Position numbers and translations under genes: made by a program. DNA of 60,854 bases, the filler included. It is 6 parts of 6 records of this genome, joined end to end, with 100 filler letters (N's around TTAATTAATTAA, not from the genome) between each part and the next. Parts side by side here need not be neighbours in the genome. Positions count along the whole stretch, not along the records: positions 49,639 to 60,854 come from DRR378314_2547; 5 more parts are not named here. One strand, 5' to 3'. Shown here in pieces: positions 53,074 to 60,854 of this stretch. Position 1 is the stretch's first letter. Every line of letters starts with the position of its first letter. The notes under the pieces are model-generated. The model searched no databases and was not told the DNA's origin. It was given only the letters and a program-made list of their open reading frames with translations.

Positions 53074-54795
53074 TTAAGGGCTCTTTTGCAGCTCACGGAC
53101 AATTAATTGCAGACTAAATTTACCCCTAAACTCATTTATATCGAGCTGATAAGCAACATCAACAAAACGTACTTCAGTGTCAGGCCACGCTTTAACGTCA
53201 ACGCCAAAAGCAATCGCATCGACCAAACGGCCAGATTGATGTTTAAGCACCAGCTTTAAATGCTTTTCACCAACAATTCGCTGCTGAACAACTTCAAAGG
53301 TGTGTTCAAACACTGGCTCTGGAAATTGCTGCCCCCACGGCCCTGCTTGTTTAATTAACTGCGCAAAATCCATATTAAAACAATCGCTGGGTAATTCACC
53401 GTCGGTCAGAATAATGCACTGTTTATGCTCTTCGCTTAATTGTGCTGTAACCGCCTGCTCAAAAGCCTGTTTAAACTCACTAAAGTGTTGCTCGTTAATA
53501 CTTAATCCCGCAGCCATGGCATGGCCACCAAATTTGCTTATTAAGTGAAGATGCACAGTATTTAAACGCTCGAGAAGATCGCGCATGTGCAGCCCTTCAA
53601 TCGAACGGCATGAGCCCTTAATTTCGCCATTATCACCACCAGCGAATATAACGGTGGGCCTGTGATACTTTTCTTTTAAGCGCCCCGCTAAAATACCAAT
53701 CACACCTTGATGCCAATCTTCTTGATACAAGCAAATTGCATCGGGCACTGTATCGCTACTAAATGCAAGCCGGTCAAGCACCGCCTGTGCCTCTGTTTGC
53801 ATACCCTGCTCTATTTCACGGCGCTCATGGTTTAAGCTATCGAGCTCGCCAGCTATGCGCCTTGCTTGATTTAAATCAGCTGATAACAAACACGCTATAC
53901 CTAAACTCATGTCGTCTAAGCGCCCTGCAGCATTTAAGCGTGGCGCTAATGAAAAACCAAAATCACTGGCACTTAAGCGTGCAGCATTGCGATTTGCAAC
54001 TTCTATTAATGCGGTGATCCCAGGGCGCGTATTACCACTGCGAATACGCGCTAGACCCTGGTGCACTAAAGTGCGATTATTCGCATCCAGCGCGACCACA
54101 TCAGCAACCGTGCCCAGTGCAACAATATCAAGTAACGCTGCTAAATTAGGGGGCTGCTGCGCAGTAAAATGCCCTGAATCGCGCAAAGCACTTCTCAGTG
54201 CGATTAATAAATAAAACGCAACCCCCACACCTGCAATTGATTTTGATGGGAACTCACAGTCGTGACGGTTTGGGTTAACGATGGCATCGGCATTGGGTAA
54301 TTGCTCACCTTGCAAGTGGTGGTCAGTAACCAGGACTTTAATACCTGCTGCTTTAACAATCTCAATACCTGCAATGCAAGATATCCCATTATCAACAGTG
54401 ATTACTAAATCGGGCGCTATGGTGACTATTTGCTCAGCAAGCGCAGGGCTCAGCCCATACCCTAAGCTAAACCTATCTGGAATCAGATAATCTAAATGCG
54501 CAAAACCAAACATGGTCAGGCCGTGCATTAATGTTGCAGTACTGGTAGCACCATCAGCATCAAAATCACCCACAATAAGAATTTTACTTTGAGTTTGCAG
54601 CGCCCAAATTAATAGCTCAGTGGCTTTATCAATATCTTTAAACAACCTAAAGTCATGCAATGTGGCTGCGCTATTATTTAATTCATCGGCATGGCTTACT
54701 TGGCGAGTGGCGTAAATTTGCTTAATAACTGGGTGTAGATTACTAGGAAGGTGTGAGTCATCCACAGTTTGTCGAGCTTGAATTATTTTTTTCAT
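53074..54795 (-). CDS. recJ: ssDNA exonuclease RecJ
   Basis: GDFDADG, TVDNG, TDHH, PRLNAAGR and GGHAMAAG motifs. Confidence 0.98.
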   Translation of the reverse strand: MKKIIQARQTVDDSHLPSNLHPVIKQIYATRQVSHADELNNSAATLHDFRLFKDIDKATELLIWALQTQSKILIVGDFDADGATSTATLMHGLTMFGFAHLDYLIPDRFSLGYGLSPALAEQIVTIAPDLVITVDNGISCIAGIEIVKAAGIKVLVTDHHLQGEQLPNADAIVNPNRHDCEFPSKSIAGVGVAFYLLIALRSALRDSGHFTAQQPPNLAALLDIVALGTVADVVALDANNRTLVHQGLARIRSGNTRPGITALIEVANRNAARLSASDFGFSLAPRLNAAGRLDDMSLGIACLLSADLNQARRIAGELDSLNHERREIEQGMQTEAQAVLDRLAFSSDTVPDAICLYQEDWHQGVIGILAGRLKEKYHRPTVIFAGGDNGEIKGSCRSIEGLHMRDLLERLNTVHLHLISKFGGHAMAAGLSINEQHFSEFKQAFEQAVTAQLSEEHKQCIILTDGELPSDCFNMDFAQLIKQAGPWGQQFPEPVFEHTFEVVQQRIVGEKHLKLVLKHQSGRLVDAIAFGVDVKAWPDTEVRFVDVAYQLDINEFRGKFSLQLIVRELQKSP

Positions 54796-54830
54796 GCAGC
54801 TGGCGGTACTTTTAAGCTAGGAGAGCTAAC

Positions 54831-54856
54831 AAAAAAAGGCCTAAAACGGCCTTTTT
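54831..54856 (-). terminator. Terminator-like hairpin between dsbC and recJ
   Basis: AAAAAGGCC-taaaac-GGCCTTTTT. Confidence 0.65.
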
Positions 54857-54872
54857 AAAACGTTTTATTTAA

Positions 54873-55604
54873 TTATGAAGACTTTTTCGCTTCAAGTGCA
54901 GCACTGAGCGCTGCTGCAGGTTGGTAACCTGGGATCATAGTACCGTCTTCTAAGATAATGGCTGGTGTGCCACTAATACCAAAGCTTTGCCCTAATTGGT
55001 AGTGCTCAGCGATTGGTGCTGCACAGCCTTGTACTGCCATTGTTTCAGCTCCGGCTTTTGCCTCAGTAAGTGCTGATTGTTGATCTTTGGCACACCAAAC
55101 ATTCATCAAATCAGTATAACCAGAACCTTGTAAACCACCACGTGGGAATGCTAAATATTTAACTGTAATACCCGCTTCAAGCAAGTCATCAAGTTCTCGG
55201 TGTAACTTACGACAGTAACCACAGCTTATATCGGTAAAAACGGTAATGCTGTGTTTTTCATCTTTTGCTTTGTACACAATCATTGATTCTTCGTAATCTG
55301 ACAACCCTTCTTTGCGAACACCATTTAATGCTTGCTCGGTCAAATTACTGCGATTACTTAAATCAATTAATGTGCCTTGCATTAAAAATTGACCATCTGG
55401 GCTTGCGTAAAGCACACCTTTATCAGTGATTAATTCTTTTAAACCAGCCACTGGGCTTGGATTAATGTGCTTTACAGTCACACCAAGCTCTGCAAACTTA
55501 GTCACAATCGGGTCATTGGCATCAGGTACGGCTAATACACCATTTGCAAACGCACTTAAACTGGTGCCTAACATTGCACCGGCTAATACTAACTTTTTCA
55601 TCAT
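54873..55604 (-). CDS. dsbC: Disulfide isomerase DsbC
   Basis: Signal peptide from the ATG at 55604; FTDISCGYCRKLH, AFPR and GTP motifs; xerD-dsbC-recJ synteny. Confidence 0.95.
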   Translation of the reverse strand: MMKKLVLAGAMLGTSLSAFANGVLAVPDANDPIVTKFAELGVTVKHINPSPVAGLKELITDKGVLYASPDGQFLMQGTLIDLSNRSNLTEQALNGVRKEGLSDYEESMIVYKAKDEKHSITVFTDISCGYCRKLHRELDDLLEAGITVKYLAFPRGGLQGSGYTDLMNVWCAKDQQSALTEAKAGAETMAVQGCAAPIAEHYQLGQSFGISGTPAIILEDGTMIPGYQPAAALSAALEAKKSS

Positions 55605-55663
55605 GTTCTCTATATCCTGATAATTCGTCTTTACTATGACCGCTATTGCACTAAAAAATTTCA

Positions 55664-56617
55664 TTAAGCGCGCGGGTGATGCTGCTGATGTACCGATTTT
55701 AACCGTTCATTGGCAACATGGGTATAAATTTGTGTTGTTGATAAATCGCTATGCCCTAACATCATTTGTACAACTCTCAGGTCTGCACCATGATTTAGTA
55801 AATGCGTTGCAAAAGCATGACGCAGTGTATGCGGTGATAAAGGCGACTCAACTGATGCCAAAATAGCATAGTGTTTAATCCGATGCCAAAAAGTTTGTCG
55901 CGTCATACCCACTCCGCGCTTGGAAGGAAACACAAAATCGGTGGCATGCTTGATCATTTGCGCTCGGCCTACTTTTAAAAACTGCTCAAGCCAATGCATG
56001 GCTTCTTCGCCAAGTGGTACCAAACGCTCTTTATTTCCTTTGCCTTTTACAAACACGACTGATTGACGAAGATTTATTTGCTCCATTCGTAAGCCAACAA
56101 GCTCACTAACCCGCAAGCCCGTTGCATATAAAAGCTCTAACATGGCTTTATCGCGCAGTCCCATGGGTTCTTCAACATTAGGTGCTGCAAGTAATGCTTC
56201 AACTTCATTTTCAGAAAGTGTTTTAGGTAGTGTCTGGCCCGCTTTTGGCTGAGCGATATTCACCATCGGCGATTCGCTTAAATACTTTTCGCGCACTAAA
56301 TACTGATAAAAGCGCTTTAATGCACTAATACTTCGCGCTGTACTGCGTGGCTTTAAACCTAAATCAACTCGATGGGCTAAATAACTTTCAATGTCTAAGG
56401 CGGATACTGTGAGTAAATCTTGCCCCTCAAGAAATAAACAAAATTTATCTAAGTCACTGCGATACGCTGATAACGTATTTTCACTGACATGCTGTTCAAG
56501 ATAGAGGTTATCTAAAAACGATTCTAAATAATCGATATTAGTTAATACCTCATTATCAACGTCATTAAGTGTTTCTAATGGCTTGTTTTTGTTTAACGAT
56601 GTCACAGTTATTCCCAT
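55664..56617 (-). CDS. xerD: Site-specific tyrosine recombinase XerD
   Basis: YATGLRVSEL, GKGNKER, HTLRHAFATH and LGH...TTQIYTHV motifs; conserved synteny. Confidence 0.96.
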   Translation of the reverse strand: MGITVTSLNKNKPLETLNDVDNEVLTNIDYLESFLDNLYLEQHVSENTLSAYRSDLDKFCLFLEGQDLLTVSALDIESYLAHRVDLGLKPRSTARSISALKRFYQYLVREKYLSESPMVNIAQPKAGQTLPKTLSENEVEALLAAPNVEEPMGLRDKAMLELLYATGLRVSELVGLRMEQINLRQSVVFVKGKGNKERLVPLGEEAMHWLEQFLKVGRAQMIKHATDFVFPSKRGVGMTRQTFWHRIKHYAILASVESPLSPHTLRHAFATHLLNHGADLRVVQMMLGHSDLSTTQIYTHVANERLKSVHQQHHPRA

Positions 56618-56696
56618 GTAATCAAGGTATCAATTAGTAATACCTTACGGTAAACTTGAGCCTATCATATCAAGCAAACACACAGTGATAAATACG

Positions 56697-57218
56697 ATGC
56701 AAATTGGTTTATTTTATGGCTCTACAACTTGTTATACTGAAATAGCAGCAGAAAAAATCCGCGATATCATTGGGCAAGACATTGTCAGCCTGCACAATAT
56801 CAAAGATGAGCCACTAAAAAATGCAGAGAATTACGATTTTATCATCTTTGGTATTTCAACATGGGACTTTGGTGAGCTACAAGAAGATTGGGAATCAATC
56901 TGGGATGACATTAAAGACGTAAACCTAACGGGAAAAACCATCGCCCTATTTGGTATGGGTGACCAACAAGGTTACGGCCAATGGTTCCAAGATGCGTTAG
57001 GCATGCTACACGATGAAATGAGCAGCCAAGAATTTACCTTGTTAGGCTTGTGGCCAAATGATGCCACCTATGAATTTGAAGCCTCAAAGGCACTCACCCC
57101 TGATGGCAAGCATTTTGTCGGCCTTGCGCTTGATGAAGACAGTCAGTACGAGCACAGTGATGAGAGAATTGCCAATTGGGTTGAGCAAATAATGACTGAA
57201 TACAGCGAAACTTTGTAA
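56697..57218 (+). CDS. fldB: Flavodoxin FldB
   Basis: [13 protein letters not shown] and [14 protein letters not shown] motifs; divergent from xerD. Confidence 0.95.
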   Translation: MQIGLFYGSTTCYTEIAAEKIRDIIGQDIVSLHNIKDEPLKNAENYDFIIFGISTWDFGELQEDWESIWDDIKDVNLTGKTIALFGMGDQQGYGQWFQDALGMLHDEMSSQEFTLLGLWPNDATYEFEASKALTPDGKHFVGLALDEDSQYEHSDERIANWVEQIMTEYSETL

Positions 57219-57360
57219 CCGTCAGAAGTATTTTAACTTCTACTGGAAGCTGAACAAAAAGGGGTGGCACATAACCCCTTAACTACTGAGTAAATGTAGT
57301 GGCTTTTAAAATAGATGACGTTTACTTCTGTACACGCCATAAAATTAAACGGTTTTAAAA

Positions 57361-59088
57361 CTAATTAGGCACATCGTTAGCTACTTTAAACACCACATCG
57401 CCTACCTTTAAATGATTATAGCGCGGTTTTTCTACTTCGACTTTGCCTGCTTCTAATAAGGTTTTTAATAACTTTATTTGCGCTGGGTTATCTGTATTCA
57501 TGTATTTTTGTTGCCACTCACCGTCATTTTCAAACCAAAGTTTGGCCTCTGTAAAGTGATTAGTTTCATCAATAAAGACATACTCTGGCAGGTTGTTGTT
57601 ATTCAAATCAATGGCGATAAAATAAAAAGAGTGGCTGTTTAAAGGTGCCCAATTACTAAAATGCAGAGTATCGAAAGTGGCCTTGATCAGTTCATCTGGA
57701 AACGCTTCTTGCTGCGGCCAAAATACACTGTGTTCGATAAATTCTGAGAGTGTTTCAAGCTCTTTAACAGTTTCAAAATCAGGGTTAACATACATTCGCT
57801 CAATAATTGCCACTTGCTCTGGGTGCGAGTTTTTTATTTGCGCTTTCAAATCTTGCATTGCAAGATAACCTTGCCGTCCCAGATTTGATGCAAAGTAATT
57901 ATAATCAAACTCTTCAAGCGTGACTTTACCATCATTTAAGCGCGCAATCTGGCTATCACTCGCGATACGTTGAAAATTCAACAAAGGTGAATTTACCAGC
58001 AGCATACTTACCAGCACAATAAGGCCCATGCCAATATTGACCTTGTTTTGAACCTCGAGCCAAGCGTCACGCTTTTTAATAATCCCGACTAAATAGCCAA
58101 ACGAAAAACACGCCAGTAAAAAGCATATTAAAATGGCCCAACATCTGGCAACACTTAAACCATATTGGTCAACACGTAGCCACAGCCCATAAGCTGCAAT
58201 TAAGCTATAAATAGGTAATAAACCAACACCTATAATAATCAGCCTATGTAATACAACATTATAAGGGCGCTGTAATGACGCCTGTTGATATACCGTATTT
58301 ATAAAAAACAGTGTTAGCAATTGCAGCCATAAAACCAACGAAGTACCACTGCCTGTTTGCCATAATTTTTCAAACCCTGCAAAGGGTAAAGTCGCTAAAA
58401 ACCCCAAAGAAACAATGGTCAAAACAGGCAGTAAAAACTTAATTAGAACTTGCAGTAATGTTGCTATGCTTTGTTCTACATTTAGCAGACCCCTAAATAC
58501 AATACTTGCAAAAGCAAACGCTAAGGTAATTGTAGGGATCCAAAACCATTCTTTTCTTAATAGCGCTGTGAAAAATTCAATGTCCAACGCGTCAAATAAG
58601 GCTGCGCCTAAATTTAAAATGCCCCAGAAAATTAATACAAATAACCAACACTCTATAAATAAAAGAAAATTACGCCATGAAAGTTTGAACAACTGAGCAT
58701 AATGAATCGCCTCTTTATCTATAAACTGCTGGATATACATTAAAGCTTTAAAACTTGCGACCAAAGAGGTCATTACGAACGTAGCTGTTAGCCAATCATT
58801 ATCAATCAATGCTAACGGGTAATGCTCAGATCCAATGTATGCACCTAATAGTGACAACAATAAGCAAAAAGGAAGCAAATAAATAAGCAGTTTTTTTATC
58901 TTGCCTTGCTCCACAACGAGTAACGTCAGTAAAGGAAAACTGATTACAAATGTAGCCAAAGAGGTAAACCAAATCGGGTCTGAGGCGGGCCATGTTGCCC
59001 CTTCAAGGCTGCGATATAACAGTGTTAGAGCAATCCCTTGTAACACAGCTAACAGTATCATGAATGATTTAGGTAATTGATTATCCAT
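57361..59088 (-). CDS. DUF4153-like multi-pass membrane protein
   Basis: Many TM helices, LRVDQYGLSVAR motif, SQIARL and a soluble C-terminal domain. Confidence 0.7.
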   Translation of the reverse strand: MDNQLPKSFMILLAVLQGIALTLLYRSLEGATWPASDPIWFTSLATFVISFPLLTLLVVEQGKIKKLLIYLLPFCLLLSLLGAYIGSEHYPLALIDNDWLTATFVMTSLVASFKALMYIQQFIDKEAIHYAQLFKLSWRNFLLFIECWLFVLIFWGILNLGAALFDALDIEFFTALLRKEWFWIPTITLAFAFASIVFRGLLNVEQSIATLLQVLIKFLLPVLTIVSLGFLATLPFAGFEKLWQTGSGTSLVLWLQLLTLFFINTVYQQASLQRPYNVVLHRLIIIGVGLLPIYSLIAAYGLWLRVDQYGLSVARCWAILICFLLACFSFGYLVGIIKKRDAWLEVQNKVNIGMGLIVLVSMLLVNSPLLNFQRIASDSQIARLNDGKVTLEEFDYNYFASNLGRQGYLAMQDLKAQIKNSHPEQVAIIERMYVNPDFETVKELETLSEFIEHSVFWPQQEAFPDELIKATFDTLHFSNWAPLNSHSFYFIAIDLNNNNLPEYVFIDETNHFTEAKLWFENDGEWQQKYMNTDNPAQIKLLKTLLEAGKVEVEKPRYNHLKVGDVVFKVANDVPN

Positions 59089-59150
59089 ATCTATTTACTC
59101 CGGGTCATTTTAGTTAGTGTGCGTTATTTGTACCTATTATTCAATAAAGC

Positions 59151-59849
59151 TTACATCTTTAAGTAAAAGTCCTTACATAGGTTTACGAAATCATCACTGT
59201 ATTGACCGTCTTGGTTATGAATAATTAAGTGCTGAGGTGTGCAATCAACCTCTTGATAGCCAAAACACATTAAGCTGCGCGTTGCAGGCTTAGTTTTTTT
59301 AGTTTGTACTAAACAATGATGTTGTAAATAAAGCCCTTGTAATAACGCATCGGCAATAAATAACTTCGCCTCTTCGCAGGGTAATATCACATTAAATAGC
59401 GCATTGGTGTTTGTTAAGCGTTTAAATGCAGTGATTAACTGGGTAAAACTTAAATCGTCTGTATGGCGTGCTGTGTTTCGCCCCGCATCATCCCCTTTTA
59501 AACTATTATTAAAATATGGCGGGTTGCTAATCACCACATCAAAGGGCGCATCGGCCTCAAACTCTTGGATACGTTGGTGATGCAGTGCAATATCGGGCCA
59601 CGGGCTTTGTGCAATATTTTGCTTGGCTTGTTGATAAGCGGCCTCATCAATTTCGACGGCTGTTATGGCTAAGTGCACAGCTCGCTGTTTACACATCAAA
59701 GCTAATAATCCTGTGCCTGTGCCTATATCGAGCGCTCGTTGGCCGTGAGTTAATTTCGCCCAGGCACCCAATAAAATGCCATCGGTCGATACCTTCATAG
59801 CGCACTGCTCATGCTCAACTTTAAATTGTTTAAACACAAACCCTGACAT
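59151..59849 (-). CDS. yfiC: tRNA1(Val) adenine-N6 methyltransferase
   Basis: FKQF...AMKVSTDGILLGAW, LDIGTGTG, SNPPY and ARH motifs; divergent from srmB. Confidence 0.93.
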   Translation of the reverse strand: MSGFVFKQFKVEHEQCAMKVSTDGILLGAWAKLTHGQRALDIGTGTGLLALMCKQRAVHLAITAVEIDEAAYQQAKQNIAQSPWPDIALHHQRIQEFEADAPFDVVISNPPYFNNSLKGDDAGRNTARHTDDLSFTQLITAFKRLTNTNALFNVILPCEEAKLFIADALLQGLYLQHHCLVQTKKTKPATRSLMCFGYQEVDCTPQHLIIHNQDGQYSDDFVNLCKDFYLKM

Positions 59850-59864
59850 TTTTTCACCTTTTCA

Positions 59865-59893
59865 TTCACCAACCGCTGTATAGCGCGTATAAT
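59865..59893 (+). promoter_or_regulatory. Putative sigma70 promoter for srmB
   Basis: TTCACC-17 nt-TATAAT, 31 nt upstream of the ATG. Confidence 0.5.
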
Positions 59894-59924
59894 TATCTGC
59901 ATTGTCCTCTATTTTTGACACTCT

Positions 59925-60854
59925 ATGCAATTTTCTGATTTTGATATCGATAACAAGTTACTAAACGCCGTCGCTAAAATGGGTTATGAAACCCCTACTA
60001 GTATTCAGCAACAAGCTATTCCTGAAGCGCTGCAAGGGCGTGATATTTTAGCATCTGCGCCAACGGGTACAGGCAAAACCGCTGCATTTTTAATTCCAGC
60101 AATTCAATACTTATTGGATTTCCCGCGCCGTGAACCTGGTTTTGCGCGAGTGTTAATTATGACACCGACTCGCGAGCTTGCTTATCAAATTCATGAACAA
60201 TGTGAGTTACTTGCCAAACAAACACACTTAAAAATTGGTGTCGTTACTGGTGGAATAAACTACGGTACGCATAAAGAAATTTTTGAAAAAAACAACGATA
60301 TTCTTATCGCCACGCCTGGGCGTTTAATGGAATATTTAGAAACTGAAAACTTTCACGCTGAAAATGTTGAGATGCTTATTTTAGATGAAGCAGACCGCAT
60401 GCTCGACATGGGCTTTCGAAAAGAAATGATGCGCATTTGTGAAGAAGCGAAGAACCGCCGTCAGTGCTTTTTATTCTCAGCAACACTTGAAGGCGACAGT
60501 GTTGAGAGGTTTGCTGAGCAAATATTAAATGACCCTGCACTGCTTGAGGCTGAATCATCGCGTAAAGAAAAAGCCAAGATCCACCAATGGGTGCATTTAG
60601 CTGATGATTATCATCACAAACTAGAGCTATTAGTTAACACGTTAAATGCACCAGATGTAACAAAAGCCATTGTGTTTGTAAAAACCCGTGAGCGTTTAGA
60701 AACCTTAATTGGTGAGTTAACCAACAACGGCGTTAAAGCTGCATGGTTGCGTGGCGAAATGCCACAAGATAAACGCATGAAAGCCATGGAAAACTTTCAC
60801 AGTGGACGCACTAAAATTTTGGTTGCTACCGATGTTGCTGCCCGTGGTATTGAT
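59925..60854 (+). CDS. srmB: DEAD-box RNA helicase SrmB, 3' truncated (absent from the ORF track)
   Basis: MQFSDFDID..., APTGTGKT, LLDFPRR, PTRELA, TPGRL, DEADRMLDMGF, FSATL and ATDVAARGID; yfiC synteny. Confidence 0.95.
   Translation, partial: MQFSDFDIDNKLLNAVAKMGYETPTSIQQQAIPEALQGRDILASAPTGTGKTAAFLIPAIQYLLDFPRREPGFARVLIMTPTRELAYQIHEQCELLAKQTHLKIGVVTGGINYGTHKEIFEKNNDILIATPGRLMEYLETENFHAENVEMLILDEADRMLDMGFRKEMMRICEEAKNRRQCFLFSATLEGDSVERFAEQILNDPALLEAESSRKEKAKIHQWVHLADDYHHKLELLVNTLNAPDVTKAIVFVKTRERLETLIGELTNNGVKAAWLRGEMPQDKRMKAMENFHSGRTKILVATDVAARGID

Noticed and set aside
55664..56617. Phage or integron integrase marking a mobile element
   Set aside because: It is chromosomal XerD in the conserved fldB/xerD-dsbC-recJ-prfB-lysS context; no att sites or cargo genes are evident.

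Overview
This is not one locus. It is six unrelated contigs joined by 100-nt artificial spacers (N44-TTAATTAATTAA-N44) at 12613-12712, 20118-20217, 33580-33679, 40043-40142 and 49539-49638. (1) 1-12612: AT-rich, Flavobacteriaceae-like housekeeping region (cyclophilin-FKBP PPIase, cold-shock protein, thiol-redox genes, csaA, ABC exporter, nusB-DUF1573-yajC). (2) 12713-20117: gammaproteobacterial, Halomonas-like pyrH-frr-uppS-cdsA-dxr-rseP-bamA cluster. (3) 20218-33579: a GC-rich, intron-rich eukaryotic (probably protist) contig that the ORF track fragments. By hand it resolves into an RBM42-like RRM gene, an intronless M20 metallopeptidase-family gene and a multi-exon ABCA transporter gene. (4) 33680-40042 and (5) 40143-49538: Rhodobacteraceae/Roseobacter-like contigs (tig, gapR, persulfide dioxygenase plus DUF442, FliM/FliN-like protein, SSS-histidine kinase; katG-oxyR, chemoreceptor, metG). 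(6) 49639-60854: Pseudoalteromonas-like xerD-dsbC-recJ-prfB-lysS region with fldB, yfiC and srmB. I found no CRISPR array, mobile element or convincing new multi-gene system. The best leads are single-gene ones: a eukaryotic intronless M20 enzyme with both second-metal ligands replaced, an unannotated 28-aa membrane peptide, a doubly frameshifted gene coupled to csaA, and an orphan FliM/FliN-like protein with an (L/M)P(D/E) repeat tail. Taxonomic and family assignments come from motif recognition and recall, not from database searches.
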